From the NCBI RefSeq assembly GCF_009914755.1, contig NC_060929.1: a stretch of 64,000 nucleotides of DNA; one strand, written 5' to 3'. Position numbers and translations under genes: made by a program. The number at the start of each line of letters is the position of its first letter. Position 1 is the stretch's first letter. Positions 1 through 13,441 of the stretch are shown here, one piece after another. This DNA comes from the human T2T-CHM13v2.0 reference genome, Homo sapiens. The notes below the pieces were generated by a model, which saw only the letters and a program-made list of their open reading frames with translations, had not been told where the DNA came from and searched no databases.

Positions 1-844
1 GCAAAGTAGTAACTAAGTCCTGATTAGGTCACAGCCAGGAATCACTATCTTCCCTCTCACCCACTGGAAATAGCACAATTCAATCACCCCGGTCAAACCA
101 AAACTAGGGCTAAGCCTTCTCTGGGCTCTCTGTCTCCCAATTACCAAACCTGGCAGAATTGGAATCAATGCCCATTGCTGGCTCAAAGTATGAAATGCAG
201 GGCAGGGATTTAATCTGTACCAGATACAGGATGGGAGACAAACAAAACAATGTCATTAAGAGTAAGTGACATTGCTATTGATTCTGGAAGCTTGTTTTCA
301 ACAGATGCTGTCACGTACATGTCTGTTATTTCTACAAGTCTCTCCTGCTGCATTCCTTCCCTATAAGATGCCTGAGACCTCTGGGCATCAAGCCTGAGGG
401 TTAGGCTGGTCCTTAGTCTAACCTGTAGAAAGACCTCAGATTCCCGCTCTCTGGTCTCACTGCCAAGTTATAATCTGAAATATCATTCTAGATTCCAGGG
501 TACTCTGGGGTTGCAGGTAGAGGGAGGAGAAAGATCAGGATTTAAGGGGTAAATTTAACATAAATGCCATCCATTCATTTATACATTGTGATACTAAACT
601 AGCTAAAAACACTTTTTATATATCTGTATAACTCTTACTCTTTACAGGAAGTTTTCAGACCTTTGTGAAATGAACCTCAAAACCCCACATATTTTGCTAG
701 CCCTATTTCATAGACAAAGAACCTGAGTTCCAGAGAAGTTAATAGTCTTTTCCAAGTTCCTATAACCAGCTTCAATCAGCCAGTGGCAGAGTTAATATTT
801 TGGCCCAAGTTCCCTAATTCAGGGCTCTTAAGAAATTACAACAT

Positions 845-1189
845 AGTACTCACTTCGTTATCCAGTTTCACTTTCTGTGGTTTCAATAACCCACGGTCAA
901 CTGCAGTCTGAAAATAGATGAGTAGAGTATAATAAGATATTTTAAGAGAAAGAGAGAGAGAGAGAACACATTCACATAACTCTTATTACAGTATACTGGT
1001 ATAATTGTTCTATTTTATTAGTTATTGTTGTTAATCTCTTACTATGACTAATTTATAAATTAAACTTTATCATAGGTGTGTATTACAGGAAAAAACACAG
1101 TGTACACAGGTTTCAGTACTATCCATGGTCTCGGGCATCCACTGAGGGTCTTGGAATGTGTCCCCTGCAGATAAGGGGTGATTACTGTA
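845..1189 (+). mobile_element. MER44/Tigger7-type DNA transposon
   Basis: Ends tagtactcacttcgttatcc...gataaggggtgattactgta resemble MER44 terminal inverted repeats; internal ggtttcaataacccacggtcaactgcagtctgaaaat matches the consensus as I recall it. Confidence 0.75.
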
Positions 1190-1557
1190 CTGCCCATGCT
1201 ACTGTGACCAATAATAAAGACTAAATCTGTGACTAGATATGTACTCAACAAAATAAATATAACAACAGAAGGAGTGTTCAACCAATCTGTTTTCTAATTT
1301 GAATAAAATGGCTCTTGGCCAAGTGAAATAATAACTTTCTCATTAAATATAATTCTATGAAGATAAAAATAATTTACACCTGACTGTAAAGCACACTACA
1401 AAGCCCAAAAGAATGCCCGACAGCGCCTTAAGATACAGTCAGCTGTCAATAATTATGATTTAAAAAAAGATGCACTCTTACTGCAAATGGCATTTCAAAT
1501 CATTGTAGATGGTATAACAGTTTCTTCCATCCTCTGAACTCTGTGTTTGTTCTTCAG

Positions 1558-1699
1558 CATCTTCAAGACATCCCTACAACCAGAGGTCAGTTGGTCATGT
1601 TTGAATGCGGAATCCAGGCCACAGCCACAGTTCAAGTTCACTGGTACAGAGAGAACGTGCAGATAGCCAACTCAGATGACTTTCGGATTCTGAGGAAAA
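1558..1699 (+). pseudogene. Relic exon: N-terminal half of a palladin/myopalladin-like Ig2 (I-set) domain
   Basis: Acceptor ctgtgtttgttcttcag|, open 142-nt exon HLQDIPTTRGQLVMFECGIQATATVQVHWYRENVQIANSDDFRILRK, weak donor A|gtatca. Resembles MYPN/PALLD ..GQLVVFECRV...WYREG..I.DSPDFRILQKK (from memory). Confidence 0.85.
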
Positions 1700-2966
1700 G
1701 TATCATGATAAGCCTTTCAATTGTTTTTAATTCCAGTTAACCTTGAAGTCTACTTCCTGTTTTAAAGTTTAATTGCTGATTTTTTTTAAAGGCTTAAAGA
1801 TTTGTGCTGGTAAACAATTATTATCTCAAATCCAAATGATTTCTCAACAATAACCAACAAAGAAAACTGTTTTGATGAAAGAGTAATTTTCATAGCTGTG
1901 AAAAGATTGGTTTATCATCATAAATTAATCTTATTTTCATAATGAGTTCTTGACATATAAACAAAAAGAAATATGAGAATAAACATATTTCTTAAAGGGT
2001 AAAAACATAAAAAAACTGATGCATAACTTTTTACTTTATTGGGTAATTTTCCTACAAGATAATTAATTTGGAGAAAGGTAGTAAGTATAATGATCTATCT
2101 CATGCTAAACAATGAATTTATACTTTATAAACAATTTCTCATTTAATCCTCACATAAACATTTTGAAATATGTGTTATTATCCTCATTGTTAAATAACTG
2201 AAATTAGAAATACAAAAAAATCTTGCTCAAGGACACAAGGCTAGTAAATGCTGTAGCCAGTGTTCAAATCCAAGATAGTTCTTACGCCAAATGAAGAAAA
2301 TATACTCATTTAAATATTAATTCAAAATAACTAAATATTTACACATCATATATAGGGAAAAAATCTTTTTATTACACAAAGGATATGATATTTCTGTTAA
2401 AATAACATTTATTGCATTGTTGAAAATAAAGTAATACAAATTTGTAATAAACCTGGAAAATACATAACATGAAAAAATTAAAAATAGAGAAAACCATTAT
2501 TAACCTTTCATGTATTTTTCTACAGTAATGCTACAGTATTTTTATAATGTAATATTCCATTTTATTTTAATCAGAGAAATTAGGAAAAAATGATTCTCTT
2601 CGGTGAAAAAGGCCACCTCAGTATTAGTGTGTTCAACAGTGGTTCATATTCAGAGAAGATATAGTCATCTGGTCTAATCTTCACATTAGGGATGAAGAAA
2701 GTCTGGGTAAGTAAAGTAATTTTCACAAGGTCACAGAGCAATTTAGTGATAAAAGCAGAACTAAAATCAAGTTCTTCTACCCTGCCACTTATTCATTCCT
2801 TTATGCACCTTTTCTGAGTTTCTGAAGAATTTACTTACCGTCTGTGACTCCAGATTAGTCAATTTTGTATTTGTTTCCAGGTATTTCTCATATACATATG
2901 GCCCCTTCTCCCAACTAAATTATCATCACTTAAATTCTCTCTCTTTTTTCTTGTTTTATCTTTCAG

Positions 2967-2986
2967 AAGTTTATCATCCATTCCTG
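2967..2986 (+). pseudogene. Candidate relic micro-exon (20 nt) of the same Ig2 domain
   Basis: ttgttttatctttcag|aagtttatcatccattcctg|gtaagt. It lies where PALLD/MYPN have the KPRS..EPE micro-exon and ends CCT G (Pro-Glu). It overlaps a minus-strand exon-like unit, so the pyrimidine tract could be coincidental. Confidence 0.5.
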
Positions 2987-3624
2987 GTAAGTATAATTTC
3001 TTAAAATCTTGAAAATTGATTAAATCAACATTAGCATCAGAAGACATTGTCCCCTAAGTCACTCTTGCCTTCATGAGCTCTTTTGAGGCTCCCCTACATC
3101 AACTCTTGAACTGACACAACAGAAGAAGCAAGACAGCTGGGATTTATCAGTGTTTTTATTCATATATTTATTCATTCAACATAGGTTTACTGAGTACAGA
3201 CTAATGGTTAGTCTCTGTTCTTGGTATTAAGGAGACAGCAATGAACCAGACTGACAAGGTCCCCACTCTCAAAGAATATGCATTCTCCCTGTAATCCCAC
3301 TTGGTTTAGGATTTGTGACTCGTGAACTTTATACAGAAGCAATAAGGAGATGTCCTGACATCGAACATCCAAACTGCTCACTGTCCAAGAAGTAGTTGTG
3401 GTGACCATCACACTGTGGCCATCTCTGTATTAACATGAGGTCTAAGCGTGATGGTAGTGATAATTTCTAGTTCAGTTCAGAATATGTTTCCATAGGACTA
3501 AAGCTACAGAAATCTAGAAATCAAGGAATAAAATGTAATCCCTGCTTTCAAGGATTTCATAGTCTAGTAGAGAAAACAAACATGTCTAAGAGGCAGTTGA
3601 TAAGAACCATGATGGGACTGTTTA

Positions 3625-4112
3625 AGACTTTTTTTTAATTTTATTGATATATATTAGAGGTACATATTTTCAAGGTATATGTAATAATATATTCATATAA
3701 TGAAATCAGGGTAAATGAGATATGCATCACCTAAATTACTTTTCTTTACACTAGAAACATTCAAATTATTCTCTTCTAGCTATTTTGAAATGTACAATTA
3801 ATGGGGTTTTTTGTTTTGTTTTGTTTTTTGAGATGTAGTCTGGCTCTGTCGCCCAGTCTGGAGTGCAGTGGCACGATCTCAGCTCACTACAATCTCCACC
3901 TCCTGGGTTCAAATGATTCTCCTGCCTCAGCCTCCTGATTAGCTGGAACTACAGGTGCCCGCCACCACACCTGGCTAATTTTTCTAATTTTTTAGTAGAG
4001 ACAGGGTTTCGCCATGCTGGCCAGGCTGGTCTCAAACTTCTGACCTCAGGTGATCTGCTGCCTTGGCCTCCCAAAGTGCTGGGATTACAGGCATGAGCCA
4101 CTGCGCCCAGCC
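3625..4112 (-). mobile_element. L1M 3' end fragment followed by antisense AluS
   Basis: L1 3'UTR-like ...tattctcttctagctattttgaaatgtacaa; Alu at about 3803-4112 flanked by TSD aatggggtt. Confidence 0.8.
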
Positions 4113-4314
4113 AATGGGGTTGTATTTTTAAGATTTATCTTTATGAGCCCACTGAGAAGAGAAAATACCTAATCAGATGGATTTTTTTTTTAATCTCAGG
4201 AATAATCTATTTATTCCTAGTACCTACTCTCCCCAACATCCTCCCACACTATATGTTTGTTACCTTGGGGCATCCAAATACAGTAATCAAGTTGAATTTC
4301 TTCTCTTTCCACAG

Positions 4315-4431
4315 GAAGTCTGCACCTTGATTATCACAGAAGCATTTCCTGAAGACTCTGAGGAGTTCAAGTGTATTGCAGAAAATGAGGCTGGCACTGC
4401 AGCTTCTGCAACAAACTCTTAGTTTCCCCAG
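4315..4431 (+). pseudogene. Relic exon: C-terminal half of the Ig2 domain
   Basis: ttctctttccacag|EVCTLIITEAFPEDSEEFKCIAENEAGTAASATNS*, donor cag|gtaata. Shows the I-set D-x-G-x-F-x-C-x-A-x-N-x-x-G pattern with the first Gly replaced by Glu. Adding 1 nt near 4416 restores ..T-K/N-LLVSP-G (G strand, phase 1). Confidence 0.85.
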
Positions 4432-4531
4432 GTAATAACTCTTCAAAATCTCTTTGCTACAATTCAGCCCTGAGCCAAAAGGAAGAGTCTTTGTTTCCAT
4501 CTGAACTCATGATTAATTATATTTTTGAAAG

Positions 4532-4770
4532 AAAGTAGTAGAGAAATCAGAGCGTCCTCCCAAGTTATCCATGAGCAAATTTTCTCCAAAACTGGCCTCC
4601 TCTCTCTGGAGCACCAAAAGCTACACAAAGGACACAAATCCAAACGATACCCCCATAAACTTTATGCCAATTACTCCTGAACCAGCCAGTCATAATGAAC
4701 ATGAGATCCAGTTTCCAAAGAAGGATTTCTGTACCATCAGTGGAAATACTTTTGAGCTACAAGCACAATA
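4532..4770 (+). pseudogene. Possible relic inter-domain linker exon
   Basis: ttttgaaag| then 239 nt open in one frame (KVVEKSERPPKLSMSKFSPK...NTFELQAQ) ending TA|gtaaag in phase 2, the phase MYOT exon 2 starts in. No recognisable homology. Confidence 0.4.
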
Positions 4771-4983
4771 GTAAAGGGAGACAGACCCAACATTCATTCA
4801 TTCAACAAATATTCCTGGTTCTGTAGATAGATCATGACAAAGCTCCTGTCCTCAGGGAGTTTGCATTCTGACATGAGTCACTTTATGTCGGTCCTCCCTT
4901 GCTTTTCAGTATGCATTTCACCATGGCTGAAATATTAAGCCCTGTGCTTAGATTCACAGTTAAGGGTTTATTACACAGATTTA

Positions 4984-7274
<2,291 letters not shown>

Positions 7275-8607
7275 TAGTTATTAAAGCTCAAAGTTTAAGC
7301 AACTTGTTTAAGGCTACACAGCATGTATGTGGTGGAGTGGGCCCTCACACTCAGGTCTCCAAAAACAGATAACAAAAGGTAAATATGTCTAGAAAGTTGT
7401 AGAGCATTAGCCAAATTAATGTTATCATTTGTATTCTTTAACTCCAAACCCGATGGATTCCATTATTATTTCTTGCTTGAGAATAATATAAGATTGAGTC
7501 AAATGTTAGACTGGATATTTCAAATTACAAATGCTACAATGGGATTCCCTTTCATTATATATCTATGCAGAACTTTAATAACCACAGTGAATTTGTGTGA
7601 ACTAAAATAAAACTTTCTTCACTCCTTAGTTCTTCCATCCTCAATGTGACGTTTTCCTTTTCAGTTGATATAGCAGAAATGAGTTTCATCACACACATCT
7701 GACCTCCGAATTTAAAAGAAGTTCACAGCACCATTTTTTTTTTACAATGGCATATATATCTTATATTTTTGAAAGACAAGAGCTATATATGAAGAGGGAA
7801 GAATGAGAGACAGTTAAATAGCTACCCTGTTTCTGAAACTGACGATAGACAAGGAATCCCTTAACATGTAACAGGAAAGGTTTCAGTGAGATAGTAGGAA
7901 GTTACTATATTTTGTAAGGCATTTGAATAATTTACTGAAGGCCCTTACTGATAATTTAGAAAAAGAAATGGAAAAGGTTGTCTTTGTGAGCAGGTTGTAG
8001 TAAAAGTTCACCCATCTGGCATTGTAATAATTCCAGTCTTAAGAGTCTATGATTTTTCTCAAATAGGCAATTAAACCATTCAAATAGCTATATTTGTGAG
8101 GAAACAAACCACCATTCAAAAAAGCAAATCAAACATTAAAAGGCAGGAACAAACAGATTTACAGTAGATTATTAATATAGCCCCTGACTACTGAGAATGG
8201 TATCATAAAAGAGGACCTACTTACCTTTCCTAAATCATCCCTTGATCCCATTATAGCAAAAACTTTAGCCTTGACGTACCATGAAGGCTATCACATGTAA
8301 CACACGGTAACCTGGGTTGTATCTTACAAAGACCTAGAGAAGAGGCAAAGCTTGAAAGACAAAGAGTAAGCAGAACTAAATTCTTCCTCGAGTGTAGTAT
8401 GCTTAGAACCTGCTGTAGGCAAAATTGGGAATTTAGCAGGTTGTCCTGGATGTCTTCCCTACTTGGCTGGTGAGGTATACCTCAAACTTTTAGTGCAGAG
8501 AGACCTCAAATCTATTATTTCCTTTTCCATGCCCTAATCAAACCCTGTTCTCCAGCAGAACCAAATGTCAGTCACATATACCACATTTAAAATTGCTTAG
8601 AATAGAT

Positions 8608-8915
8608 AGGCTGGGCATGTGGTTTATGCCTATAATTCCAGTGCTTTGAGAAGCCGACGTGGAGGATCGCTTGAGGCAAGGAGTTTGAGACCAGCTTGGG
8701 CAACATAGCGAAACTCTGTCTGTCCAAAAAATTTTAAAATTAGCTGGGTATAGTGCTGCATGCCTATAGCCCTAGCTACTTGAAAGTCTGCAGAGGAAGG
8801 ATCTCTTGAGCCCAGGAGTTTGAGGCTGCAGTGAGTTCTGATCATATCACTGCACTCCAGCCTGGGTGACAGAGTAAGACCCTGTCTCTAAAAAAAAACT
8901 AATAATAAAATAAAA
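8608..8915 (+). mobile_element. AluJ
   Basis: Diverged dimeric Alu with J-type ggaggatcgcttgagg; TSD-like aaa(t)tgctt on both sides. Confidence 0.9.
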
Positions 8916-10139
8916 TGCTTGAAGGAGTGTCTTACTCATAATAAATGCTATATATTGGCTATTATTACTTTTATCCTATCACTTGCATTTGTATTTTAAG
9001 TCTCTCTAATTTAGATGGAAAGGTTTTGTCTGTATTACTGGAATTTGAAATATCAGTGAACAGATGTTGAAGAATATTTTGGGAGACTCCTGAAATAAGA
9101 CTTTGTAGGCAACCACCTACTCACCAAGTCTAGCATGCTTTTTCTACTAAGGGCTGCACGCCCAGGCAGAAATTATCAAGCTTTCTTTGAACACCAAAGA
9201 AAGGTACACCTACTTGGCCAGCTGTGAAGGATTTTATATGGCTCATATGTGCTCAAACATCTATTTGCTGGATTCTAATATACATGTTAATTCAATCAAG
9301 ATTGGGGTATCTACCCATGAGGGAGGGGAACTGAAGCCACCCCATGGAGATAATTCTACTCCCTTGGCCCAATCCTCATGCCACCTACCCTACTTCACCA
9401 CATTTGCTGATTCGACATTTTATTCTTCTGCAATTATTTACTTCCCTGCACAAAAATGGAAATCTAAATACCATGATGGTCTCTGTGACAAAAAGTGAAA
9501 GGAAACTAACTGTTAGGAATAAAGGGAGATGAACATGCATTGACAGCTCTAATTATATAGATTGCTTATTTGTTTGGTTGTTTCTTAAGTGTTTCAAAAC
9601 TCTTTCAGAATAAAAGTACTAGGCAAAAGGGGCATATGCCATACAGATTCAGAAAACTTGCTCAAGAAACACCATCATGTTTTTCCACCTCCCTACCTTC
9701 CCAGTGACATGTCACTATGACCTCGGTCTCCTGCTTTGCCCAGACTGCCCTCCACCTCGGAACAAACTGCTAGTACTGAGAGACCTCAAATCTATTATTG
9801 AATCCTACTCTCATTAGGCAAAAGAAAAAAGACTTCAGATGAAGAATTATGCAATACAAATCAATTGGGAGCCCATCTATCACTGGTCTTATTCCTGGAG
9901 AAGTCTTAGTATAATAGATAGAAGAACTCCACTCTTGAAATATTATTTTCCCTTTAGTCCTCTCTCTTAAACTGGGAAAATTCAAAGTCCCCACCATAAT
10001 AAAGAAATAAGAGGGTTTTTTTTCTATTTTTCCCATTTCCCTATTCACTGCCCTTCCCTCACATGAGCTTGCTAAAGTTCATAGTCAAAATTCACGTCTG
10101 AAATAAAGAGGCTTGCAAAAGAAGCTCATGTAATCCCAC

Positions 10140-10290
10140 TCCTTAAATACCACTAAGACACGTGAGATATTGTTTAGATTGTGGACTCTTACTTTGACAT
10201 GCCAGCATAGGTAGATGGACAGGCAAGCACATCAGATGTCACTGTTTGGCAGCTGATAAAAGTCAGTGGTGCTATAATACTAAGCACAGA
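10140..10290 (+). promoter_or_regulatory. MYOT: MYOT proximal muscle promoter
   Basis: E-boxes CAGATG (10233) and CAGCTG (10250) abutting GATA motif TGATAA (10254); TATA/MEF2-like ctataatact (10272); immediately 5' of the exon 1 donor. TSS not determinable from sequence. Confidence 0.6.
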
Positions 10291-10379
10291 GCCACTAGAT
10301 TAGTCTGTGAGGGAAGGAGATGCCTCTTCCTTCCCTTCAATAGTGGGTTAAACCCAGCTGGCACCCTCTGGAACTACGG
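10235..10379 (+). other. MYOT: MYOT non-coding exon 1 (5' end approximate)
   Basis: Strong donor gaactacgg|gtaagt at 10379/10380; contains uORF MPLPSLQ* (10320-10343). Confidence 0.8.
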
Positions 10380-12432
10380 GTAAGTCCCTTCTTTATTCCT
10401 ACTACACTTTTAGGTCTTGTTTTTGTTTTTTGTCCAAATCAGATGAGTGTATACAAAGATGATTTTCAGATAAAAAGTTTGAAAGCCACAACATTATAAT
10501 GGTATTACACAAAAATTTAAAGAGAAAGCGACTCATTCATTTCATTGAGACTGGAAGGCATTATACAAATGATAGAAGGAAAGATAGCTGTGTGTCATTA
10601 TTTTTAAATCACCATTTTTCCTTGAAAAGGGACACTTGATCTGATGTAATTGTGGTGATGTCTTATGAACGCAACATATCCTCTATCAGTCTTCTGTGCA
10701 AGTCTATGCTATATTAGAGACAGGAAAAAAATGTTAAGATTTTTTAAAAAGGAGACTGAATAGTACTTTATTTATAAAAATCTTTGAAATTCATTTAACA
10801 TTATTTGGAATAAAATGACCCTGTCATATAACAGAATCTATTATAGAATTAAATTGTTGAACAGTAACTACAAACATAAAGAAAATACAGGATCACCTGC
10901 GTAAATGTCTGCATAAAATTTTGACACATGGATAAAATGAAACTTATGAAATAACATATTTTTAATTGGGCTTTTAAAAATATCACTAATTATTAACAAT
11001 GTAGGCCAATATCAACATGTACAAGACAGTTGCCATTCTGAAAATATATGTAAAGAAAAAAAGAGAACTGTTTCTGGAAAATATCTACTATTTCATAAGC
11101 GGTTTATTCCTTGCTATCTGAAATGAGTCTCAATAATGTACCTGCCCAGAAAGAAATTTAGGAATCAAACTCTGGATTCAATTCTGCAACAGACTGAATA
11201 AACCGATAACTACAAAACTACTTGCCTTGAAATAGACTTTTTTTTTAGATCTACTCAAGGCCCTCCTTCAGGATGTTTTTCCCCAACAATTTAAATGCCT
11301 AAAGTAGTTCATTTCTAAAATGCATTCTAGTTTAATGTATTTGTGTTCATAAACTTGAAATTAAGGAATATTTAACTTTTTAAGTATTCTTTCTCAATAG
11401 CGTCTTTCTCTTGGCTGTTTAGTTGCATTTCTGTTTTTTCCTAAAATTGCTAGTTTTAATTTAACTCTAAACTACATAGGCAACTTTGAAATACTATTTT
11501 TTGAAGGTATCCTATTATTTAGGATGAAACTCTTTGGTCTGGAAAAGTTTTATTAACATTTTATCCAAGACAGTAACTAAAATAATTAGAAGACTTCGTT
11601 TCAATGATGACAAACAATTTGGTTAATTTTTCAGTTAAAAGTTTGATTTGTCATTATCTCAGTATTGGCTTATACCAGATGAAACAAAATAGGCAAATGT
11701 ATTTTGAATCAATTTATCTGATATTTTCAATGAAAACAGGATTAGTGTGAAAACAATTTATAGGACTAGTCTTTGTGTGTAATGTCTATATATAGTCCCG
11801 CTTAGGTTTACCATACTAATGGAAAAAAAATCAGAGACAAATATAATCCTTCAAGGTTGATTTTCATGGCAAATGTTTCATCTGAGAAAAAATGAGGATG
11901 TACTGTAGGAAGGCAGGAGGCCCACTACAGAGCTAAGTAGGAGGAATGGCACCTGTCTTTTCTTGGTAAGGTATAGACTAGTTTCATATGTGTCTTATTT
12001 ACTTCTATGCTTCCTGTTTGCCATTTGAAAAGAAAAAGTAAAAGAGCTAAAGCAATTTCAAAATTAGTCTGAGATCTCCAAAGGTGTGGCAAAAAAAAGA
12101 AAAAAAAGACCAAAAAACAAAATTAGTCTAAAATACATACTAAACAAATAATAAAAAGTAAAACTCTAGATAATTAAAAGAACATCAAGACCAACAACTA
12201 GGAAGTATAATCTAAAAATAACAGAATTATAAGGTATGATTCTGTTTAAAAATACATAATAAAAACAGAAAAATGTATAAGTGGCTCTGGAATGCAGCCT
12301 GTAACATATGTTCTACACAAACATATACACACAGTCACTCCTTAATTAATATCTAGTTTAGTAATATGGTCAATTTGGAATCAAGGAGAGAAAAAGAAGC
12401 AGTGAATTGTAAGGTTAAAAAGCAATCCACTC

Positions 12433-12713
12433 AGCTGGGTGCGGGGGCTCATACCTGTAACTCCAGCACCAAGGGGGGCTGAGGCGGGAGGATTGCTTGC
12501 AGCTAAGAGTTTAAGACTAGTCTAGGCAACATAGTGAAACCCTGTCTCTACTAAAAAAAAAAAAAAAAAAGAAAGAAAGAAAAAAAGAAAAATTAGCCAG
12601 GCGTGGTGGCTTATATGTGTAGTCCTTACTCTGGAGGGTGCAGTGGAAGGATCGCTTGTGCCCAGGAGTTGGAGGGGCTACAGTGAGCTATGTTCGCCTG
12701 GGCGATTAAGCAA

Positions 12714-12760
<47 letters not shown>
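12433..12760 (+). mobile_element. AluJ with (CA)n tail (12715-12760)
   Basis: Diverged Alu ending in a long CA run about 115 nt upstream of the MYOT exon 2 acceptor. Confidence 0.88.
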
Positions 12761-12766
<6 letters not shown>

Positions 12767-13085
12767 AAGGAAGGAAAGAAAGGAAAAGAAAAAGCACATC
12801 AGATCTGAAAGATGTCAAATAAACAATGTTATTGTTTAAGCAAATATTGTAACAATTATTTTCTCCTTTTGAAGGAACAATATTCTTCAAGAGAAGGTCA
12901 CTCTACCAAAGCCAGGAGCACAGTATTCTCAGGATCTCAACAAGGAAGAGCAGACCAAGGTTGCTTCTGATTCCTTACAACCTTCCGTAATTCCAGGCTT
13001 GTGGCCCCAAATTCAGGGCCCCACCCTTCCAGGAACAAATCATTATAGTAATAATTTGCCTTCATCTTCCATATACCAACTAAGC

Positions 13086-13441
13086 ATGTTTAACTACGAA
13101 CGTCCAAAACACTTCATCCAGTCCCAAAACCCATGTGGCTCCAGATTGCAGCCTCCTGGACCAGAAACCTCCAGCTTCTCTAGCCAGACCAAACAGTCTT
13201 CCATTATCATCCAGCCCCGCCAGTGTACAGAGCAAAGATTTTCTGCCTCCTCAACACTGAGCTCTCACATCACCATGTCCTCCTCTGCTTTCCCTGCTTC
13301 TCCCCAGCAGCATGCTGGCTCCAACCCAGGCCAAAGGGTTACAACCACCTATAACCAGTCCCCAGCCAGCTTCCTCAGCTCCATATTACCATCACAGCCT
13401 GATTACAATAGCAGTAAAATCCCTTCCGCTATGGATTCCAA
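13086..13441 (+). CDS. MYOT: Myotilin exon 2 coding part (exon starts 12875); Ser-rich N-terminus
   Basis: ATG 13086 MFNYERPKHFIQSQNPCGSRLQPPGP...; acceptor tttgaag|12875; donor A|gtaagt; 356 nt. Confidence 0.98.

Noticed and set aside
1558-4431. Relic Ig exons as a processed pseudogene of PALLD/MYPN/TTN
   Set aside because: They are separated by introns with splice sites and are collinear with MYOT on the same strand.
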